64,000 bases of DNA from an uncultured delta proteobacterium. GTDB taxonomy: Bacteria; Myxococcota_A; Polyangia; Polyangiales; Polyangiaceae. The first letter of the stretch is position 1, and every line of letters starts with the position of its first letter. The position numbers were made by a program, and so were the translations under genes. Location: positions 576,001 to 640,000 of the forward strand of contig CAVOKF010000008.1 in the NCBI GenBank assembly GCA_963696385.1, in the 5' to 3' direction. This document shows positions 19,428 through 27,359 of this stretch, piece after piece. The notes under the pieces are model-generated. The model did no database searches. It had not been told where the DNA came from and saw only the letters and a program-made list of their open reading frames with translations.

Positions 19428-20590
19428 TCGTCCGCTATGAGCCTTGGGGTGCTTGGGTCAAGCTTGAATCGACAGCCGCCATCGTGGCCCTCGACCGGGA
19501 CGGTGTCCGCGCCCTCGGACTCAACGGCGGAGCCACATGGCAAGGACCGCCGCGGCCCAGCGCGCCGCTGGAAGTTCATCTCGCCGTCACTTCACGCTGC
19601 GGCGCGGGGTGCGATGGGTGCTACCTGGACGCCCAGCCGGATGGGGTCGAGCCGCCTCGCGCCGCGATCGAGCAGGAGCTCGACGCCATGCGCGACGCAG
19701 GTGTCTTCACGGTCGCGTTCGGCGGCGGGGAGCCGACGACACGCGAAGACATCGACCTCCTGGCCGCGAGCGCGCGGGCCAGGGGCCTGACGCCAGTCGT
19801 CACGACGAGCGGCCTTGGGCTCACCGACATCCGCGTCGAGCGACTGCGCTCCTTCGCGCAAGTCAACGTAAGCTACGACGGGCCTGATGCGACCTACGCA
19901 ACCGTGCGCGGCTTTGATGGCGCCGCCCTGGCCGAACGGGCCATCGAGAAGCTCGCGCGCGCGGGGATCCGCGTCGGCGTCAACGTGGTGCTTACGCAGC
20001 AGAGTTTCCCGCGACTGGCCGAGACGATCGAGCGTGCACGAACGCTCGGCGCGTGCGAGGCCCAGCTGCTCCGCTACAAGCCCGCAGGGCGCGCAGCCAC
20101 GGTGGAGTACTGGACGCGGCGGATGCACCCCGATCAAGCTCGGACGTTGGGTCCGACGCTCCGAGCGCTCACGACGGCTTACGCAGCCAGCGGGTTTTCG
20201 ATTCGCATCGATTGCGCCCTCGTTCCGTTCCTTTCGGCCGACGAGGAGCTCGGCCAGGACGCGACGCGCCTGGCCCGCTTCGGCATCTTTGGCTGCGAAG
20301 CCGCTGGAGGTCTCGCCGCGGTCACCGTGGACGGGCTCATCGCCCCGTGCAGTTTTGCCAAACCGTCGCAGCTAAGTGCTGCCCATCTGAACGGCGGCTA
20401 CGCCGTGGACGCCGAGCTCGGGCGCTGGCGGGCGTACAACGACGCGCCGGCGGAGCCGTGCGCGTCGTGCTCACTGCGCCCGGTCTGCAAGGGCGGGTGC
20501 AAGATTGTAGCGGGGTGGGTCACGGGATCTCACGGACCTGACCCGGAGTGCCCACGCGTTCTCGCATATCGCGAGCCCCGCGCCACGTGA
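19424..20590 (+). CDS. Radical SAM/SPASM domain protein
   Basis: CGAGCDGC (CxxxCxxC) and GGGEP motifs; SPASM cysteines C-x17-C and Cx2Cx5Cx3C-x16-C. Confidence 0.92.
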   Translation: MIVRYEPWGAWVKLESTAAIVALDRDGVRALGLNGGATWQGPPRPSAPLEVHLAVTSRCGAGCDGCYLDAQPDGVEPPRAAIEQELDAMRDAGVFTVAFGGGEPTTREDIDLLAASARARGLTPVVTTSGLGLTDIRVERLRSFAQVNVSYDGPDATYATVRGFDGAALAERAIEKLARAGIRVGVNVVLTQQSFPRLAETIERARTLGACEAQLLRYKPAGRAATVEYWTRRMHPDQARTLGPTLRALTTAYAASGFSIRIDCALVPFLSADEELGQDATRLARFGIFGCEAAGGLAAVTVDGLIAPCSFAKPSQLSAAHLNGGYAVDAELGRWRAYNDAPAEPCASCSLRPVCKGGCKIVAGWVTGSHGPDPECPRVLAYREPRAT

Positions 20591-20898
20591 AGACCGCCTG
20601 GATTCCGGGAACACTGCTCGCGCTCGCATGGGGCCTCGTGATTGAGGTGGACGCGTACGCGGCAATGCGGGTGGTCCAGGTGCTCACTGGGCCCCAGGCC
20701 GACCCCGCCGCGATTTCCTGGAGTGTCCACTCGGGCTTTTTCTGGCGCGTCCTTACTGTCGCGTACGGTGGGGGAATCGCGGCGTTCGTCGCGTTCGTTG
20801 TCGTGCGCCGACGAGTCGCGCTCGCAGCGCGCGGGCTCGTGCCGGCCGTTGCGATTGCCGGCGGTCTATTGGCCTTGCAGAGTACGTTCTTTCCTTGA
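20587..20898 (+). CDS. Small membrane protein with about 3 TM segments
   Basis: GTG start overlaps the radical SAM stop as GTGA; three hydrophobic stretches. Confidence 0.72.
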   Translation: MKTAWIPGTLLALAWGLVIEVDAYAAMRVVQVLTGPQADPAAISWSVHSGFFWRVLTVAYGGGIAAFVAFVVVRRRVALAARGLVPAVAIAGGLLALQSTFFP

Positions 20899-21050
20899 GA
20901 ATTTCAGCGCTGTGCCCACACCCGCGAGCAGGGCTTGCGCAAGCAGGACATCCAGGCACCGGGTGCGGATCTTCCGTCGCGGACGACGTCGGCTTCGTGT
21001 AGGGTGCGCGTCGCGCGAAGGAAGCTCACGCGAAGGAGACTGCGAGAATC

Positions 21051-21818
21051 TTGCGACTCGATGGGCCGTCGCGCATGGGCGCACTCGCGGGCGCAGTACT
21101 CTGCCTTTCCGGCTGCCCGAACCCGAACGCCTACACCGTGCCGCGAACGCTCGAACCGGGCGACTTGCAGGTTGTCGTCGCGGCCGAAGTGTATGGATTC
21201 GGCACCAACATTGCCAATCCAGCCACAGCGGGCAGTAGCCCTCCGTCGTCCACGGTCTGGGGAGCGACCCCGCTATTGCCGACCATCGGCATTCGGTACG
21301 GTCTCGTCGAAGGAGTGGATGTCGGAGCGCGCTTCGAGAACTTCCAATCGCTCGCCGGTGACTTGAAGCTTCGTTTGCTTCGAGGCAATTTGGACATGGC
21401 GATCGACCCTGGCTTGGATGCCATCTATGTGGATACCGAAATAACCAACGCGGATACGACCACGGTGACGCGGAACGCCGGCGTGTTCTATTTGCATGCG
21501 CCGCTGCTGCTTGGCCTCAACTTCTCGGACTCCCTGACGCTGGTTGCGTCTCCCGGCCTGGCCTACGCCATTGCGACAGGACCGTTGGCCGGGGCGAGCC
21601 ACGCCGAGCAGGCCGGCGCGTCAACCGCGCTCCTGGCACGTCTCGGGTTGGGCGTGGATGTTCGCACGAGCGACCAGCTTGCCATCCACCCGGAACTGAC
21701 CTGCATGAGGGGTTTCAACAGTGCGCAGTCGCTTCTGTGCATAGTCGGTTTGGCTTTGAACATTGGCGCGCAGGCCAACTACGACGACCTGCGTCCCGCC
21801 CAGCCGTCGGAGCAGTAA
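21051..21818 (+). CDS. Putative lipoprotein / outer-membrane beta-barrel-like protein
   Basis: LAGAVLCLSGC lipobox (possible ATG at 21075); amphipathic beta strands (IGIRYGLVEGVDVGARF). Confidence 0.7.
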   Translation: MRLDGPSRMGALAGAVLCLSGCPNPNAYTVPRTLEPGDLQVVVAAEVYGFGTNIANPATAGSSPPSSTVWGATPLLPTIGIRYGLVEGVDVGARFENFQSLAGDLKLRLLRGNLDMAIDPGLDAIYVDTEITNADTTTVTRNAGVFYLHAPLLLGLNFSDSLTLVASPGLAYAIATGPLAGASHAEQAGASTALLARLGLGVDVRTSDQLAIHPELTCMRGFNSAQSLLCIVGLALNIGAQANYDDLRPAQPSEQ

Positions 21819-21835
21819 CAGCTCATCCGTGGGAG

Positions 21836-22894
21836 CTACGACGCCCAATCCTCGAACGAGCACCCAACGAGAACCGGCTCCAGTTCGAGCCTCACCCCGA
21901 AGCGGTCCCAAACGGCATCGCGAATGCGTGCGGCGACGCCGAGAAGCTCGCGGCTCGTCGCACCGCCCCGGTTGACCAACGCGAGCGCGTGCTTCTGCGA
22001 CACGCCCACCCGCCCGTCCCTCCACCCCTTCGTGAAACCGGCGCGCTCCACGAGCCACGCGGCAGCCAGCTTGAATCGCCCGCCGTCGAGCGGAAACGAC
22101 GCAGGGCGCTCGCCCGCACGCGCTTCCACCTCAAGAAGTCCCTGTGCATCGACGACCGGATTGACGAAAAACGACCCTGCGCTGACCGATTCGGGATCGT
22201 TCGGGTCGACCACCATCCCCTTCCCGCGTCGCAGCGCGAGGATCGTCTCGCGAACAAGGGCGGTGGGGGGTCGGCTGCCCTCGGGCGTCGCTAGCGCGCG
22301 CGCTAGCTCGGCGTAGCGGATCGGAGCCGCGAGGGGGCTCACGTCGAACGCAAACCGAACGCTCGTGACGATCCAGCGGTCGTTGCGTTTGAAGACGCTC
22401 GCTCGGTAGGACAGGCCGCATGACGCCGCGGGCAGCGTCACGAAGTCCCCCGCTACGCGATCGTACGCCCGCACCGAAACGAGCGTGTCGCTCACCTCCT
22501 GTCCGTAGGCTCCGACGTTCTGGATCGGCGTCGCGCCGACGAGCCCGGGAATGCCGCTCATGCACTCGATGCCGCTCCACCCGTCGGCAATCGCGCGGGC
22601 GACCAAGCCGTCCCAGTCTTCTCCCGCTGCCACGTTGACGACGACCTGCATCCCGTCGCGCCGGACGTCGACGCCGCGAAGGCCCATCGCCACGACGGTA
22701 CCCGGAAAGCCCTCGTCGCCGACGACCACGTTGCTGCCCCGGCCGAGAACGAAAACGGGGTCTCCTCGCAGCCGAGCCTGCCGAAGCACGGGCGCGACGT
22801 CGCCTTCGGACTCGACCTCGACCCATCGCGACGCGAGCCCCCCCAGCCGAAGGGTGGTGAGCGGTGCCAGCGAAACGTGCTCGCCCTCGCGCAT
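21836..22894 (-). CDS. murB: UDP-N-acetylenolpyruvoylglucosamine reductase
   Basis: LAPLTTLRLGG, LGRGSNVV, GIPGLVGATPIQNVGAYG, SAGSFFVNP, KHALALVN, LELEP. Confidence 0.95.
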   Translation of the reverse strand: MREGEHVSLAPLTTLRLGGLASRWVEVESEGDVAPVLRQARLRGDPVFVLGRGSNVVVGDEGFPGTVVAMGLRGVDVRRDGMQVVVNVAAGEDWDGLVARAIADGWSGIECMSGIPGLVGATPIQNVGAYGQEVSDTLVSVRAYDRVAGDFVTLPAASCGLSYRASVFKRNDRWIVTSVRFAFDVSPLAAPIRYAELARALATPEGSRPPTALVRETILALRRGKGMVVDPNDPESVSAGSFFVNPVVDAQGLLEVEARAGERPASFPLDGGRFKLAAAWLVERAGFTKGWRDGRVGVSQKHALALVNRGGATSRELLGVAARIRDAVWDRFGVRLELEPVLVGCSFEDWAS

Positions 22895-22925
22895 GATAAA
22901 GGGATCTACCGCAAGCGGGTCGTCG

Positions 22926-25460
22926 ATGCAGTCGCTCCCCATCGATCCCCTCCTGCCCGACATCGTCGCGTCGTTGCGCGCCCGGCCCACGCTGGTGCTC
23001 GAGGCGCCGCCAGGAGCCGGAAAGACAACCCGTGTCCCGCGCGCGCTGTTCGACGCGGGGTTCGCCGAAACAGGCGAAATCCTGGTCCTCGAGCCGCGCC
23101 GCCTGGCCACACGCCTGGCGGCGCGTCGGGTCGCCGACGAAATGGGGGAGCGGGTGGGCAGCACCGTCGGCTATCAAGTCCGATTCGAAGACGTGTCGAG
23201 TACCCGCACTCGCGTGCGGTTCGTGACCGAGGGGGTACTCGGGCGCAAGTTTCTCGCGTCGCCTTGGCTCGAGGGCGTGAGCGTCGTCGTCCTCGACGAG
23301 TTCCACGAGCGGCACTTGCACAGCGACGTCGGCCTCGCGCTCCTCGAGCGGCTGCGTCGCGGCCGCCGACCCGATCTCCGTATCGTCGTCATGAGCGCGA
23401 CTTTGGCCACCGAGCCCCTCGCCTCGTATCTCGGGGCGCCGGTCTTGCGCGCCGAAGGCCGGCGCTTTGAGGTCACAGTCGATCATGTGGCTTCTCCCGA
23501 CGATCGACCCGTTGGACTGCAGATCGCGTCCGCGGTCCGGCAGCTGGTCCACGAAGGACTCGATGGCGACGTGCTCGTCTTTCTGCCTGGAGCCGCGGAG
23601 ATTCGCCGGGCGCAAGAGGCTTGTACGAAGATTGCGACCGACGCGGCGCTCGCCCTTGTCCCGTTGCACGGTGACCTCTCGCCCCAGGAACAGGACGCCG
23701 CCGTACGACCGGGGACGACGCGCAAGGTTATCTTGTCGACCAACGTCGCCGAATCGTCGGTCACGATCGAAGGCGTCGTCGCCGTCATCGACTCGGGCCT
23801 GGCGCGTATCGCCTCGCAAGCCCCCTGGTCTGGACTGCCACGGCTACGTGTCGAGAAGATCAGCCGCGCATCGGCCATTCAACGCGCCGGACGTGCGGGG
23901 CGCACCCGACCGGGCCGCTGCATGCGCCTGTACACGCGCGCCGACTTCGATTCGCGCCCGGAACACGAGGCCCCCGAGATCCGCCGGCTCGATCTCGCGC
24001 AGACCTGGCTCGAGCTCGCGGCGACCGGCACCGCAGAAATCCCTTGGCTCGAGCCCCCGCCGCCGGCGCATGTCCGAGCGGCCGAGGATCTTCTTCGCCG
24101 GCTCGGCGCGATCGACACGCAGGCTCGGTTGACCGAGACGGGAAGCGCGATGCTGCGGCTCGGCGTCCACCCGCGCGCCGCGCGCGTCGTCGTCGAAGGC
24201 GAACGACGAGGCGTGATCCATGCCGCCTGCGCCGCCGCGGCCGTCCTCGCGGAGGGAGACCCCCGGGCCTTGAGCCGGACCCGTTTCGGCCCCGGCCGAG
24301 GCGATGATCGAGCTACCGAGGGCTCGGACGTCGGCGCGATTCTCGACCTCTTACGCGAAGCGCAAGACGCCCACCTTTCCGCCAGCGCGATCCGCGCTGC
24401 GGGGCTCGACCTCGGCGCCACGCAAGCGATCGTGAGAGCCGCCGCGCAGTTCGAGCGTGCGTGCCCCCGGACGGGTGCCGACGATGCGCACGACGAAGAA
24501 GCCGCGCTCGGTATCGCGCTCCTTTCGGGATACCCGGATCGCGTCGCGAAGCGGGTGCGCCCCGGGGGGCGCCAAATTGCGCTTGCGGCCGGAGGATCCG
24601 CCGAGATTGCGGAGTCGAGCGTCGTCCGCCAAGCCGAGTGGCTCGTGGCGCTCGAAGCGGAAGAGCGGAGCGACGGGCGGTCCCGCGGCGGCGTGGTCGT
24701 GCGTCTGGCGAGCGCGATTGACCCCGCCTGGCTTGTCGACCTTTTCCCCGATCAGGTGAAAGAGCACCGTGAGATAACCTGGGACGCGCCCTCGGAGCGC
24801 GTCCGCACGGGCGAGTCTCTCGAGTGGGACGGACTGACGCTCTTGCGATCGGAGCCCCCAGATGGCGCGTCGGACGAGGCGTCGCGGGTGCTCGCAACCG
24901 CCGCCCTAGCCGCGGGTCCGTCGGCGCTGGCACCCGTCGAGGCGTTCGACGCATGGGTGGCGAGGACGCGCTTTGCCGCCTCCATCGACCCATCGATCGA
25001 GATTCCGGACGACGCGGCGTTGCATGCGTCGATCGTGCAGCTCTGCGAAGGACGCCGCAGCTTTGCGGAGCTTCGAGAGGCCGGGTGGCTCGAGACCCTG
25101 CGCCGATCGCCCCGATGGCCCGCGGAGGCCATCGCGCGCCTTGCCCCAGATCGCGTCGTGCTCGCCGGCGGCCGATCGGTGGCCGTGCGTTACGAGATCG
25201 GTCGGGGTCCGAGCCTCGCTTCGCGGTTGCAGGACTTCTTCGGAATGACCGACGGGCCCCGCGTCGGCGGAGGCCGGGTGCCCGTGATCTTAGAGCTCTT
25301 GGCGCCCAACGGTCGAGCCGTGCAAGTCACAACCGATCTCGCAGGTTTCTGGCAGCGCCACTACCCTGCGATTCGCAAGGAGCTCATGCGGCGCTATCCG
25401 CGCCACTCGTGGCCCGAGGATCCGACGAAGCCAGCGCCGCGGATGCGCGCTCCGCGGTGA
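22926..25460 (+). CDS. hrpB: ATP-dependent helicase HrpB
   Basis: APPGAGKTT, DEFHER, MSAT, STNVAESSVTI, QRAGRAGR and the HrpB C-terminus (LLAPNGRAVQVTTDLAGFW...RYPRHSWPEDP). Confidence 0.95.
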   Translation: MQSLPIDPLLPDIVASLRARPTLVLEAPPGAGKTTRVPRALFDAGFAETGEILVLEPRRLATRLAARRVADEMGERVGSTVGYQVRFEDVSSTRTRVRFVTEGVLGRKFLASPWLEGVSVVVLDEFHERHLHSDVGLALLERLRRGRRPDLRIVVMSATLATEPLASYLGAPVLRAEGRRFEVTVDHVASPDDRPVGLQIASAVRQLVHEGLDGDVLVFLPGAAEIRRAQEACTKIATDAALALVPLHGDLSPQEQDAAVRPGTTRKVILSTNVAESSVTIEGVVAVIDSGLARIASQAPWSGLPRLRVEKISRASAIQRAGRAGRTRPGRCMRLYTRADFDSRPEHEAPEIRRLDLAQTWLELAATGTAEIPWLEPPPPAHVRAAEDLLRRLGAIDTQARLTETGSAMLRLGVHPRAARVVVEGERRGVIHAACAAAAVLAEGDPRALSRTRFGPGRGDDRATEGSDVGAILDLLREAQDAHLSASAIRAAGLDLGATQAIVRAAAQFERACPRTGADDAHDEEAALGIALLSGYPDRVAKRVRPGGRQIALAAGGSAEIAESSVVRQAEWLVALEAEERSDGRSRGGVVVRLASAIDPAWLVDLFPDQVKEHREITWDAPSERVRTGESLEWDGLTLLRSEPPDGASDEASRVLATAALAAGPSALAPVEAFDAWVARTRFAASIDPSIEIPDDAALHASIVQLCEGRRSFAELREAGWLETLRRSPRWPAEAIARLAPDRVVLAGGRSVAVRYEIGRGPSLASRLQDFFGMTDGPRVGGGRVPVILELLAPNGRAVQVTTDLAGFWQRHYPAIRKELMRRYPRHSWPEDPTKPAPRMRAPR

Positions 25461-27206
25461 TCAGAAGCCCGGACCGGGTCGATCCACCACGGCTCCCCAA
25501 GCCTTCCAGCCGGTTGCGTGTCCGCCGGGGGCCGGACGGATCTCCGAAGCGGACGGCTCCCCTGGCGGTCCGCTCGCGCTCGACGTCGAGATGGCGACTT
25601 CGGACGCTGGACGACGCCGGATTGGGCGATCGCTCCGGGCCGGCTCGTCGAGCGCGGGGGGCGCAATCGTTGGTGCGGGGACCGTGAACCCGGGACTTGC
25701 CGACGGGATGGCGGGCGTGGCCGATCCGCGCGGGGGGGCTCCGGCGCTTTGAGGATGCCGTCGCCCGGGCAGGGCCACTAGGCCGAGAGCCACGAGCCCC
25801 GAGACGCCCAAGGCCACTGCGGCGATGGCACGCCACGGCGGGGGCGAAGGCGGCGGTGGCCCAAGGGACCGGACCTGCGGCCCTTCGCTGCGAAGAGATT
25901 CCCTCTCCATTGCCCATTCGTGGGCTGCGCCCGCGCTGGCGCTCAGTGCCGAAATGTCTTCAGCCTTATCGGCCGGCGCGCACGGGTCCGGGAGCGACAC
26001 GCTAGAGGGGGTCAGCACGTCCGTCCCTGGGCCCGGAGCCCGCGTGGCATCCTGGATGATGCTCCGGGTCGGAGCCAGGCGATCCACGGCTTCGGCCGGA
26101 GGGGTCCCGATCGCGGACCAGTGTGCCCCCGTCGTCGCTCCTAGGGTCGGCGGGGACATGCCCACGATCGTCGCTCTCGGCAAGCGGGTCGGTGCCCGGT
26201 GTGGCGTCACCGGCGAAAGGACGTCGCCCCGCGCCGGCGACGAATCCCGAACGTCGATCGGAGCCTCGGGGGTGGGCGCGGAGGCGTCGACGCCCCGCGC
26301 CGTCGACACACGTGGGACGGTGAGTTCGGAGCGCCGCGTCATCTGCGGTTGCGAGCGTTTGAAGTTGCGCAGTACCGTGGCGAAGGAGAACGCGTCCTTG
26401 GGCCTCTCCTCGGGGTTCTTGGCAAGGGCAGCCATCAGCAGGGCGTCGAGTTCGCTCGGAACGGCGACGAAATTCGATAGCGGCGGGGGCGTCTTGTGCA
26501 GATGGGCGGCGCTGATTCGATGGGAGTCGCCCAGGTCATCGAACGGGCCCCGGCCCGCCAGAAGCTCGTAGAGGACCAACGCAGCCGCATAGACATCCAT
26601 TTTCGGCGTGGGCTTGTCCCCCCTCAGCTGTTCGGGGGCGGCGTAGCGGAGCGTGCCGAGGAACCGTCCCGCCGTCTCGGCTTCCCCCGCGTCGAGCAGG
26701 GAAACGATTCCAAAATCGAGCAGTTTCGTAATCGTGACACCCGCGGTTTGGTGCAGGAATACGTTGTCGGGTTTGACGTCGCGGTGGACGACCCCCTTGT
26801 CGTGCGCGTGATCGAGCGCGTCGAGCAGATCGATCCCGATGCCGTAGGCCTGCGAAATTCCGAGTTTGCCGCCTTCCTCGAGAACCATGCGGAGCGACTT
26901 GCCCCTCAATCGCTCCATGACGTAAAAGGGCAGCCGCAGATCGTCCGCGGTCATCCCGGCGGTGAAGATTTCGACGATGTTGGGGTGGTGAAGTCGCGCG
27001 AGCGTTCGCGCTTCGTTCTGCATGCGCCGGGCGAGGTCCTCGCGGTCGCCGAGTCGCGGATGCAGCGTCTTGACCACGTACCGCTTGCCGATCGTCGTGT
27101 CCTCGACGTCGTATACCGTGCCCATGCCGCCTGCGCCGATGACGCGACGGACTTGATAAATCGTGCCGGGAATGACTTCGCCCGGCTCGTAGGTGCGCTC
27201 GTGCAT
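25461..27206 (-). CDS. Membrane-anchored Ser/Thr protein kinase
   Basis: GAGGMGTVY, HRDVKPDN, LLDFG, GTLRYAAPE; Pro-rich linker, one TM segment and a Pro-rich tail. Confidence 0.93.
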   Translation of the reverse strand: MHERTYEPGEVIPGTIYQVRRVIGAGGMGTVYDVEDTTIGKRYVVKTLHPRLGDREDLARRMQNEARTLARLHHPNIVEIFTAGMTADDLRLPFYVMERLRGKSLRMVLEEGGKLGISQAYGIGIDLLDALDHAHDKGVVHRDVKPDNVFLHQTAGVTITKLLDFGIVSLLDAGEAETAGRFLGTLRYAAPEQLRGDKPTPKMDVYAAALVLYELLAGRGPFDDLGDSHRISAAHLHKTPPPLSNFVAVPSELDALLMAALAKNPEERPKDAFSFATVLRNFKRSQPQMTRRSELTVPRVSTARGVDASAPTPEAPIDVRDSSPARGDVLSPVTPHRAPTRLPRATIVGMSPPTLGATTGAHWSAIGTPPAEAVDRLAPTRSIIQDATRAPGPGTDVLTPSSVSLPDPCAPADKAEDISALSASAGAAHEWAMERESLRSEGPQVRSLGPPPPSPPPWRAIAAVALGVSGLVALGLVALPGRRHPQSAGAPPRGSATPAIPSASPGFTVPAPTIAPPALDEPARSDRPIRRRPASEVAISTSSASGPPGEPSASEIRPAPGGHATGWKAWGAVVDRPGPGF

Positions 27207-27359
27207 GGGGTGGGTGGAAGGCTGAGATGTAGCATTGATTTTAGGCAGGTGAACCCTGCCAGTCCAAGCCATCACGTCCGAGGGGGGCCCCCCAAAGCCG
27301 ATCCTCCCACGGCGGATTGGACGGCAAACCGCGCTATGTTGCGCTGCTCGGCGGGACCG

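Noticed and set aside
19424..20590. Assignment of the radical SAM enzyme as PqqE, MftC, NirJ/Ahb or anSME
   Set aside because: None of the cognate pathway genes (pqqA-D, mftAB, heme genes, sulfatase) is adjacent.
26496..27359. N-terminal 288 aa of the 1153-aa ORF
   Set aside because: Antisense to the kinase catalytic domain; the real membrane protein starts near 27360.
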